Part shown: positions 13,501 through 23,934 of the stretch, piece by piece | How positions within the stretch are numbered: position 1 is the stretch's first letter | Layout: each line of letters begins with the position of its first letter | Origin: Tubulanus polymorphus | Taxonomy: Eukaryota > Animalia > Nemertea | Reading direction: 5' to 3' | DNA: 64,000 bases | NCBI RefSeq assembly: GCF_964204645.1 | Contig: NC_134036.1 | Span: 10,271,859 to 10,335,858 of the forward strand | Position numbers and translations under genes: made by a program | The notes under the pieces: generated by a model | The model's database searches: none | What the model saw: the letters and a program-made list of their open reading frames with translations, nothing else | Told to the model about the DNA's origin: nothing

Positions 13501-15283
13501 ATGACAATATCTCAAAGGGTTCTACAAAAACGTGACACAAAATATACAAATCAAACGGATGCAGTTTATCCTACATAGGCCTATCTGAATTTTAATGGAG
13601 CCTTGAACACATACCTTCATCTTCACTTAGAATTATGGTGCTACCACATGTAGTACTAGAATCTTCTTTCACTGTACATGTAGTTATATCATCGATAACG
13701 AGAACACTGTCATTGGCAATGACATCGAATGATTCGTCATCTATTTGAGTTTTTCTATCTGAGAGATATACTCTTACATGTTGCGGTTCTATATTCAGCT
13801 TAGACGCAGCTAAAAAATGAACATATTAAGCCTATATAGAAGAAATCTTAAAGTGGGCCTATTAGAGATAATTTTGGTGGCTGGCTCATGTAACAGGTAC
13901 AGGAAACCAAAGGATAATCATCAGCGATATTCTCAGAATAGTATGAAATTCAAGCCATGAAGCTATGTCAACTATAGGCCTAATTCTATGGTGATTTTGA
14001 TATTGTACAATGTAATACTAATGTCAGTGACATTTAGATACCTTTTTGGACGATTTCGTCGTAACATGTTACTTTCATTATTTTCCTTTCATCTCCAATT
14101 TGTACCCGGAAAAACCTGAAAAAAATTTATAAGTTAATACCATGTTTTCAGATATGTTATAGGGGCGTTCCATATACGACGAAATCTAAAATTTAAAACT
14201 TCAAATAGTTTAAAAATTTCCACCACAGGGAGCAACTGATTAATCAGACGACAACGGGATCTCCAATAATAAGCCTAGGCCTGCACATTGAGATACCGTC
14301 TGAGACGAGAGTCCAGAGTTTCATGAAAATGTATCTTATTCTTGCATGTGAAGGAGAGGATAAAAAAAACCGACCCTTGAATCATACTTTACAAAGTTCT
14401 GGCAGGGGTGTAAGCAACAATCAAATCAACAACACACAGGGATTACCAATCCAACACACAGGGATTACCAATAGGCCTACCATTACCAGGCTGAAAAACT
14501 AGGTAGCCTTTTTTATACTAGACTTATGCCATTGGACTATTATCATTATTATTATTAGGTTGTATAAGAATACCAATCGTGAAACTGATCCAAAATCTAG
14601 TTACCAACACCGAAATATAAGAAATATAGGCCTAGACATGACTTTTTCTAATGAAATCATTAAAGTTTTTATTATTGAATTAAATTGAATATTGAGATTG
14701 GGACTTGCATTAAATCTGATACGTAGAGGATGGTGACAACCACGCCCGCTTATCTGACGCTGCACATATCAATTAATTACTTATTCTAGTTTAAAAGTAG
14801 GCTATAACAATTCATAAAGAAGTTGCCATCACATGCATCCAAAAGCAAAAAGAAATTACCTCATCGGCAATTCGGCAAGTTCAGCCATTTTGGATGAGTC
14901 GTAAATTGGATTGATCTTGTCCGTATAGATGCGACATCTATGTTAGACTGGTCCCCGGTCTCTACTTTCAGTTCTGAACAGAATCGACAGGGAACCAGTC
15001 TAATCAAATGTATAAGGTTCGAATCCCAAATCATGAAATGCATTCTACTGGCATACAACATCCAATCGCTTTCATCTATGCACCATTAGACATCCATTCG
15101 CTTGCAACTCGATATCCATTCGAAAATCTTTGCTGTTTTGAAGAGAGACATACGACTTTCAAACGATCGCAGTGGAATTTTATTAGTAAGGCATACGAGG
15201 TCGAATGACAGTCGTATGAGTCGTAGGCCTATCTATGTCGAATGCCTATATAGGGGGGTACAGGGATTTCATTGACGGGTGCA
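7569..15283 (-). mobile_element. 7.7-kb cut-and-paste DNA transposon, Zator-like
   Basis: Perfect 46-bp TIR TGCACCCGTCAATGAAATCCCTGTACCCCCCTATATAGGCATTCGA at 7569-7614 and 15238-15283. TTA is duplicated at 7566-7568 and 15284-15286. Removing the element plus one TTA restores the RTE frame HHAFKDLDTG. Confidence 0.92.
9833..14864 (-). CDS. Zator-like DDE transposase; main exon contains the 1099-aa ORF, with predicted upstream exons 14860-14864, 14042-14115 and 13615-13809
   Basis: Motifs INRDD, RVDGGNDESP and SGNSYLNEVERLN parallel Zator DDKAK / VDGGPDENP / GxSxxNxVER. The upstream exons have GT-AG borders and consistent phases. The main exon from 13230 has one in-frame TGA at 13208-13210. 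Confidence 0.75.
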
Positions 15284-18214
15284 TTAAAGGCATGGTGTAA
15301 CATCAGTGAGAAGACAATCCCAAACAGGGTTGGGGCTAGGACACAGCCCTGTTTGGTACCGTTTCTTATTGGTTGAGTCACGGAAGGTTTTCCAGGCATC
15401 TTCAATTGTGTTAGATGCTTCTATGTCTTCAAGGGATGCGATATTGTTCTGAAGGGCTGTGCGCTTTTCTTCATCCTTCAGGACCTCTAAGCCTAACTTT
15501 CTTGCTGCAGTGTTACGCTGGTGACGCTTGGGTTTCGCTGTCCGTGGGAGTTTGACATTGCTTCTAATGAGAAGGTGATCGGACCAACAACCACTGCCGC
15601 GCAGCGCTCGGGTTATGCAAACATCCTTTAGATCTTTTTGGCGTGTGATGATGTGGTCAATCAGGTGCCAGTATTTAGACCTTGGGTGCATTCAGGACGC
15701 TTTGTGTTTTTTCAGGGAGCTCAAAGTAAGTATTCGTCATGGCAAGACTATGCTGAGAGCAGGTGGAGAGTAGGAGTGTACCATTGGTGTTCGAGTGGCC
15801 GATTCCATGATGGCCCAGTACCTTAGGTCATGTGGCATGATCACGTCCAACTCATGCATTGAAGTCCCCCATGAGAAATAATCTGTGGTTTTCAGGGGTT
15901 ACCGTGATTATTCTGTTTAGCCCATCGTAGAACTCCTCTTTGGTGTCCTCGCTGTGCATCATTGTGGGTGCATATGCGCTCAGAACGGTCACGTTATGCG
16001 AGCCCGACTTTATGCGTAGTACCAATAGACGTTCAGATATCCCTTCTGGGGCTATCTCTAGGTCTTTCATCAAGTCGGTTCTGATGGCAAAGCCAACTCC
16101 AGCATGCCTTGGGGTACCCTCTGGTAGACCTTTCCAGTAGAAAGTGTAGCCAGAATCTGACAGCTTGCCTTCCCCACTAAATCTCGTTTCACTTAGTGCT
16201 GCGATGTCGATACTATACTTTTCTAGTGTTTTAGCAATGATCGCTGTTCTGCGTTCTAACTGACGATCATTTTCGAGTAGTGTTCTGACATTCCAAGATG
16301 CGAAATATAGTTTCTTCTGACCGTTTCTACCGCATGATTGGATTACTAACCAGGCGCGGCTGCCTGATAAGTTTAGGTGTGACAGGCGATGTTTGAGACA
16401 TCTTTTCTAGTCTCTTCCTCATTCAAGGAGAGCAGCGTTAATCCTAAAGAGGCCTGCCTTGACATCGGGACAGGATACGAATCTGTCACGATTCTTGGCT
16501 GAGCGACCATCCTATCCAGATCGCCTTACGTGTAGAGTCTTGCCTTGTAGCTTCCAGCAGTATCCTCCACCTGCTACCGTCAGTATTTCTCCATCGCCGA
16601 AGGACTTGTGAAAAAAAGCTTTGAGAAGCTGTTGACCTGCACGTATTGTAAGTGGGTGTTGTTTGTGCAGAGCAAGACCCACTCTCACGTCTGCAGCAGT
16701 CATGGTACATCTGGTGCCACTGGGACCACAAGCTGGAGGCTGGAGCAGATGCAGGTCAATTGCCTTGTAGCGCTTTAAGGATTTGATCTATCCTGGTTTT
16801 GAGGTCGGTGATGTCCTTCACTTAGGAAGGCTGCCATTATCCTTTCTGCCCGGGTTTGAAATCAGTGTTTTCCGTCACCTAGGAAGGCTGCCATTATCCA
16901 AGGCTGCGACCCCTCCCTGCCCTGGGAAGATGCCTTATGGTCCCTTTCCTGAACAGGTTTTTGAATAACGTTATTAGCAATGCCTCTATTGGAACCGCTG
17001 GACCGTAAAAATGTCTCTCTCTCTCTACGTCTCCGCTACTGCCGCTTCTGCTACTCATTTCAGCGAGTCGAAAATACTTCAAATATCTTGCAGTAAAAAT
17101 ACGTGCGTAAATCAACTCAAGAAAAAATGATTAAGCAACCGAAATTCACGTGTTTGCAGTTATCCTCGTTTAAGTTTGTTCAATGATTGCTATATATGTT
17201 ATGAGGTCATCTTACCATCGAAGCTCATACACTCGACAAAAGCGAGTTAAATACGCGCGGAAATATTCAAATCCAAATTTCCAATTTAATGAATATTCAT
17301 CGTCAAACATGTATTTTTTTCTGTATATGATCGCCAATATACTTTATGATCAAAGATTCCAAACACCCATATAACATTGTTAAGTGTTCGGAGATTTTTG
17401 AAACGTTGGATTCTAATCAATTTTGAATCCATAGCTGCGTAGAAAGGAGCGTTGTTATGAAACGTGTTAATAAAATAATTTGATCACAATAAAGTTTTTG
17501 ATATTTGCATTTTTACTACCACCTAACTATACTGGACGCGCTTCCGAAATTGTATTTCACGCTACTATAATTACGCAGGTCCCATGCTGAAAGTCATTAA
17601 ATTTAAATTGAAACCGCAATTTATTTATTTTATATTCAGAAAATGAAACTTAAATCAAATTCAATTGATACGCCTATCTGATATATTCCTCAGCCTCCTT
17701 GCAGAGCCATTCACCAGAGATTTGGATGTTCAAATCTAAGGTTAATCATATTATATATAATGCATGATATATTATATAATGCATAGGTAGTGATTCGTGC
17801 AAAGTATCGCGTAGTGTCGTGTTTATGCCTTATTTTGTGATTTAGAGAAAAAAAATATTTGTTTGAAAATCAAGATTTATCATCGACAGAATCTGAAGAT
17901 TGCGTTGGATTCAAACTACTTTGGTTATAAGGATCTAGCACATCCATTCCTATTTGAAATATCCTGCATATTTCAGCGTTTTTTTAGAATCGACTGTCAC
18001 TGAAAAGATACTGAATAGATTTTACAGCAAGGCGTATATGTTAAATGCCTCGCGTCGTTCAGTACATATGTTTCATGCATGCTTCCATATCAGATTTACT
18101 CACGAGGGTTTTGCGCGCCACAGTCTTTTGAAAAACAGCAAATTGTTAATGCATATAAATCACGATATCATTCTAAACCTAATGTTGATATCATATAATG
18201 TACGAAAACATTTA

Positions 18215-19257
18215 TTAGTAGATCATGCACAAAATTGGCTAGAAGTTTCTTAAAAGTTTTGTCAAATTTGTTTATGTCTTTCCTCTTTGCCACTGCAATT
18301 AACACTATATTTGGTAATTTGGAACGTATCTTTGGGGGAATATTGCACAGCATTAGACAAAAAAGAACGATTTTGTGCTTTTTAGTGTGAGTCCCAATGG
18401 GATTAACAATTTCTATGTCATCATCGTATGCAAGAAAAGACAATGTCTTTCGATTTGCAATAAAAACAGGATGATTTTTCACAAATTTTCCATCACACAT
18501 ATCATGTAAATATTCATTTGCACTATCATACGGACCAGATTCTACACATTGCTTTACATCTGACTGATTGAGTAAATTTGTAAGGGTCTCGAGTAATGGT
18601 ATATAATATCCTATTGCAGGTACTCTCTTATACCGAAACTTCCCTTTGAATTTAATTTTTCTTAATTGATAACCTAAAACAATTCCAATTGGTTTTACTA
18701 TATCGAAAACCTCAGAAAAGTATTTATCCTGGTTATGAATCGATCTTAAACCTTCAAAAATGTTTTCTCTATCAGCAAAACATCCACTGACAATATCTTT
18801 TTCCTCATCAGTCAAATTAGGAAGTTGATTAAAAAAGGTTTTCTTTTATAATGAAATTCATATCCTGCAATAAATCTTCCACATTTTCAATAACCCTTAG
18901 GGTAGCTTGATGGCTCAATTGAGCACCTTCACGTAAACTGAGCAAAAACTGCCCAATACGCTTTTTGAAATTAGCATGTTGCTCAACGTCAGCATTATAA
19001 TTGTCTATTTCCATCCCCTCATCTTCATTGTGCGTACCAGCATCATTAACAGGTTCCTGTTCATTCACATTATCTTGTTCTACTCTATGGTGCCTGCTTA
19101 CATGAGTACGATAGGATGAAAAATTAGCATATGTGGCCCCACAGAATTGACAGTTTATTCTAAAATTTGGAGCATTTTTGTGTTTCGCCAACAAATGTTT
19201 TTGGAATTTATAAGGATCCCTGTTAAAGTAATTGCAGATGTTACCATGCCACAGCAT
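18215..19257 (-). pseudogene. CACTA/EnSpm (CMC) transposase, frameshifted and 3'-truncated
   Basis: N-terminal C2H2 finger (CQFC...HVSRHH). Animal EnSpm core LAYDDDIEIVNPIGTHTKKHK...CNIPPKIRSKLPNI. Frameshift at the A-run near 18830. Confidence 0.85.
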
Positions 19258-20154
19258 TTTATGGAATGTTAAACTTACCACTTTAGGCTTTGTTTCTAAT
19301 CTGATATTCACATCTCAAGAGTGTAATAAAGTTTATCAAAACACATAGATCTGTATATGACCACACACGTATCACATAATGGCTATTAGGACACAAATAG
19401 TCAGTTACATCAAGAGATAAATATGCACAAAACTCTAAGGCTTTATAAAATCGTTTGAGCGTCTGAAGTGAATTTCTGCACCCATTGGTAACTACGCAGA
19501 AGTTTATTGTTTTTAAACATAAGAGCAAAGCCCTAAGACCTGAAATATCAATGATGATTATTAAATTCTGACACAGAATTCTCACTTTTAGCATGCTTGA
19601 TACAAGAAATTTGGAGTCCACCGTCTAAACGAATGGATTTTGAGCATACAAGTATCCTAAAAACCACTTTCAAATCTTAAAACAAACAACTGCAAAGCTC
19701 ATTTCATGGCAATTTAGGCAATGTTGAATACTTTATCCAATCTGCTATAGACCTATTATACTGTAAACGTGAAGAAATGGGGTAAGGGTTGGTTCAAAAT
19801 ATGATTCAATTACATTTCACAAGGGTTCTCAGCTGGCCACGATGGTTCAGAGCAGCGTATGCCATTTCTTGGATATTATATCCTTTAGGTTCGAATCCGA
19901 TTTTGATATTTACCATTACCAACAGTTCATGTTTCAACATTACCCAACTTGCCATTTCATGTAGGTAGGCGCATTTGTTTGAAATCAGTTTGTTAAACTC
20001 AAATTGTTTCGGTTTAGGCCAAGGCCTAGGAAAATAGATGGGTTTTTTAGACTGCACAGTTTAACTGTGGTTGTATTAAAAAGACTGAGGAGGTGGTAGG
20101 CCTATGACTATGTGTTCATAAGTTTAAGAAAAATATACCCAAAAATCAATGTAA

Positions 20155-20575
20155 GGCCTATAGAAGTAAGGTATCAGTTTACCGTCACCCTATAAGTCAA
20201 AAGTTGATACTTAATAGGGCCTTTAACATCTTTAATTACCTAGAATTTTAAAAATGACAGCTTCAATTAATGTTTGATAGATGGCGCTAGAGGTAGCTCA
20301 GTTGTCAAAATAAAATAGATGACAAGGCATTCATATTCCAATAATAATCTCTAAATTTCAAGATATAAACATCGCAATCCAAACTTCTAAAGCCAATCTA
20401 CATATTAAATATTGCTTTAAAAAACTTTTTATCAATGACTTTTATGTGTTTGGTGCATTATGTTCATTTTCTGGATATTAGAACATAAAAGATGAAAAAT
20501 AATGAAAATTTCCATGCGGGACCCGGCCATCTACGTGGGCGGTGACGGTAAACTGATACCTTAATTCCATAGGCC
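20155..20575. mobile_element. 421-bp MITE with GG termini and TAA TSD (PIF/Harbinger- or Zator-type), nested in the CACTA element
   Basis: ~35-bp TIR GGCCTATAGAAGTAAGGTATCAGTTTACCGTCACC (2 mismatches); TAA at 20152-20154 and 20576-20578. Confidence 0.85.
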
Positions 20576-20899
20576 TAAGATAAAACATTATCTTTGTCTC
20601 TTTAAGTCTAGGGCCCTCTAGACTCCAGCCTATAGCCTATAGTAGTATTATACTATTACTATACGCTAGTAGGCCGCCGGGGGGAATTTTTTAGCGTCGA
20701 GTCCCTGTCATTCTCACTCGATTCGATGATCATTTACTGCCGTGCCGGCGAAAAAATAAGTCACAGCATAGGCCTAACGTAAGGCAAGGGGAGAAGATGA
20801 CAGAGAGACAAAACTTACCGCCCTAACCAAAATATTCTCGCTGACGAAAGCAAAAGTTCTCCCGACTGCACAATGGCGTCCTACAATCACATGACTTTT

Positions 20900-21040
20900 G
20901 AAAAATGTTCAAGCGATGTTCTGTAACGGATCGGACATTTTGAGAACACGGCTAATTCATGGGTTTCCCGCAGGCGTTCTGAGTCGGTGTATAGAAGCGC
21001 TCAGAACACATTCACAAGATGTGAACACGTTTTTTTAGTG
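20900..21040 (-). mobile_element. 5' terminus of the CACTA element
   Basis: The minus strand begins CACTAAAAAAACGTGTTC at 21040, with short GTTCTG/AGAACAC subterminal repeats upstream of the transposase. The matching other end was not found. Confidence 0.6.
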
Positions 21041-22428
21041 TATGCATGTTCATTAAGTTCGAAATATGTTCCCTGTTTTAGAGGGTACCCGCGCACATCG
21101 AAAATCTCATGAAAGCCAGCAACTTCGTGGCTCATGTCGGTCGCTAGGTCCTTAGCGCGCACATCAGCAACTGCAACTGAGATGTGTTTTAGCAAATTTA
21201 TTCGAGGGCATCCCAAGTCACGTGACAAATTGTTTTGTTTTTGTCAGTTACAACCATGTGTTGTTGATTACGGAGCGCTCACATCGACGGATATGACAGC
21301 AGCTGTGTACAACTGTACAACTAGTTGCTCAAAAGTAGAACATGGGCAACTGGGTGGAACTGGAGATAGATGTATGCTAACAAGTCATAAGCTAGCTCAC
21401 ATCGACACTTCGAGCAACTGATTGTATCCAGCCAGTTGCTCTCATGTGCCGAAAACTGCCTTGAAACTAGTTGTCACCAACGCAATGTCGATGTAGGCTA
21501 GGCGTTTACGTACCAATACATCAGGGAAAATCTTGAAATGGCATTTAAAAATTAAATTTCCAATAATTCATGAAATATAAATATAATAATTGCCTGTGAC
21601 ACTGAACAAGTTTATACTTTGCCTGAGTAAATTGCGATGAGCGTAGATCGATTCAAGTGCCAGGTGCGTATTGATAGAAATTGAAAAAGACCTCGATATC
21701 AGTTCCAATCAATATCAAGCTGTGCAATCATTGCTATCATTTCAATTTCTCTCCTAAACATTTATATTATCGCAAGCAACACGTTTTATTCATTAGTCGT
21801 CAAGTTCTGACTCGAGAAAAAGAGACATTTTCATTTCGAAAGTTGAATACGTCGGAAGAAGCGAGCAAGGTAAGTGATGAGATAGCCAAATCTATATTAT
21901 TCGCAATTAAACGTTTATCTGGGCACCTTTTTGAATACTAAGATTCCGCCTTCTAGAATATTTTCTTCAAACTCGTGATTTGCAAAAAGTCATCATCTTC
22001 ATTTCTCCTATCATTTGCATCGAATAGATGATTATTTTCACCAATTTCTTTATCGTTTTCTGCAATTTTCGAAAGTGTTATCAGTAATCAATTGGATTTT
22101 AACGCGACATTTCATCAAAATATTTTTCGAATTAATCAGTAATCAAGAAGAGTAAGACCCTCAGTAACATCTTTCATACTTCTGTGCATTTCAAACAGAT
22201 TATACGGAAGAGTCGTGGGGACATATCTATTAAATTATATATTCTGGAGCGCTTACTTTGTCAATTACGCCTGTCTTTGTAGCCTAAACGATAATTGGGA
22301 TAAAATGGAAATATCGTTACCCGACAATCGCTGAGAGCCAATTGAAAGCTATTGAATGACCAGACTATGGGATTTCCTTACCTGCCAACTTGTCATATAT
22401 TCAATTCAAATTCGAGGCAAATTTGAAA

Positions 22429-22733
22429 ATGCTCGCTTATCTAATAAGTCGTGTATGTGCTGTTGTTGTGATCTTGGTCAGTGTCGCGTCATTTGCAGAA
22501 GGTGAGTAACGACTGGGAAAATGAAATACACAATTTTATGAATGGTCCTTCGAAGATAATATTGCGTTGGGGTTAGATTTTTCAACAATTGGAATAAAAT
22601 GTAAATTTACTTCAAAACCCCATTTTTGATTGCATAGTGTTTTTTAAATATAGGTTGCCAAGTAAAAGCCGGAATGTGTGCTCAGGATGGTGAGTGTTGC
22701 AGCGGCAACTGTAAAGGCTTATCATGTTGCTAA
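22429..22733 (+). CDS. Secreted cysteine-knot (ICK/knottin-like) peptide precursor, 50 aa; exons 22429-22501 and 22654-22733
   Basis: MLAYLISRVCAVVVILVSVASFAEG-CQVKAGMCAQDGECCSGNCKGLSCC*. Hydrophobic signal exon, phase-1 intron GTGAGT...TAG, C-C-CC-C-C framework, AATAAA at 22832-22837. Confidence 0.85.
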
Positions 22734-22972
22734 TCGTCGGTAATAAGGGTTTATAATCGGATATACTTGTGGTGGTTTGGGAAATATCCGATTACGAAAC
22801 TGACCTGCTGTCAGATTACCGACTGACTATGAATAAATAGCTCGCTTTCTATTTGTAACGATATCGTGAAATCTCGTGTTCATGATTAAATTCAATAAAA
22901 CTACGAGTAGATAAATCGACAATCGGGTTGTTTAATTGTTTATGCTCGAATTCATCGCTGGCGCTGTTGCGC

Positions 22973-23200
22973 ATGACGTCGTATATCGATATACTATCAA
23001 ATACTTCCTTGTTCGGTAAAACGTTCGCTGATTGGTCCATTTAACGGGCATACCAACAGAAGCCTTATTTCGTTTGTTTCAAGCGCTGTGATTGGTACGA
23101 CCGGATTCTGGTTGGCAAGTAACGACTCCAGCGACTAGTGAGGTCAAGGGGTTCGGGGAACAGCTTTAGCGGAGTGGGTTCGAATCCCTTGACGGGTTAA
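22973..23200 (+). repeat. Dispersed repeat, copy 1 (TGACGTC, two ATTGG boxes, tRNA-like T-arm)
   Basis: Colinear similarity with 62790-63000. Confidence 0.75.
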
Positions 23201-23278
23201 GGTGGGTCGCTTGGGTTGGCCATAGAAATAACTTTAACGACCAGTTTTTTTCCTATGTTCATGTCTTTTTATTTCAGA

Positions 23279-23934
23279 GTGAAAGTTATGTTGTACATGA
23301 GGATACAAAATTAGCAATGTTAAAGTTATGCGGAGATTTCATGAAATTACATAATCTCATTAGCTATTTTGATTCCCGGTCTTGTAGTTGTACAGCAGCT
23401 TTTGACCGAGCTAAAACTTGGATTGAAGCATTTTTAGATTTAGGAGCCAAAAGAAAAGGTTTTAAGAAAAGCAACATTACTCCTTATATGCATATTATGC
23501 TGTATCATGTGCCGTATATGTTATCCAATTTTGGTTCTTTGTGTTCTTATAGTGGCCAGGGCATTGAAAAGGTTAATGATATTCTCAAGAGAATTCATCT
23601 CCAGAAGTGTAACAGAGCGGATGGGCCAACTGATGCCCTAAATGTTATAAAACGAGTTGAGTATTTAGCCGGTCAAGGCCATGCCCGTAATAAGAGAGCT
23701 TATGTTAAGAGAAATGAAAAGTACTGGTGCACTGAAAAAGCTGAACGGGCGAAACGAAAGAAATCAAAAGTTTCGGACGAAATTGAAAGTACAGTGCTTG
23801 TCACAGAGGGTGTACCAGACACTGTAGCTGGAATAAAATCTGAACTCGAAAATATGGGTTTCAAGACAAACCTTCGTAGCTATGACCGATTGAAAAAGCT
23901 TCTTCTAATGAGGCGAGAGTTGAATGAAAATTAG
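23279..23934 (+). pseudogene. C-terminal exon of a RAG1/Transib/Chapaev-related DDE transposase
   Basis: ITPYMHIMLYH...GSLCSYSGQGIEKVN matches the His and catalytic Glu region of this supergroup. Splice acceptor TTTCAG at 23273-23278. Upstream exons are absent. Confidence 0.7.

Larger units (their letters stand above)
6584..16968 (-). mobile_element. RTE-clade non-LTR retrotransposon: internally deleted, frameshifted and interrupted by a DNA transposon
   Basis: AP endonuclease (FASWNVRTLL, AALSETR, GDFNA, LIDH, WSDH) at ~15360-16320. RT C-terminal half (KQGCVLAPTLF / VRTDGKLFNLRR, LFVDD, YLGS) at 15287-15360 and ~6620-7565. RTE-type 5'UTR at 16340-16968. Candidate TSD CGTTATTA at 6576-6583 and 16969-16976. 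Confidence 0.9.

Noticed and set aside
7571-15281. Reading the 7.7-kb element as a CAC...GTG (CACTA/Transib) transposon
   Set aside because: No TSD fits those ends; only TGCA termini with a TTA duplication restore the interrupted RTE codons.
23143-23193. Functional tRNA gene
   Set aside because: Only ~50 nt; lacks proper D and anticodon arms.
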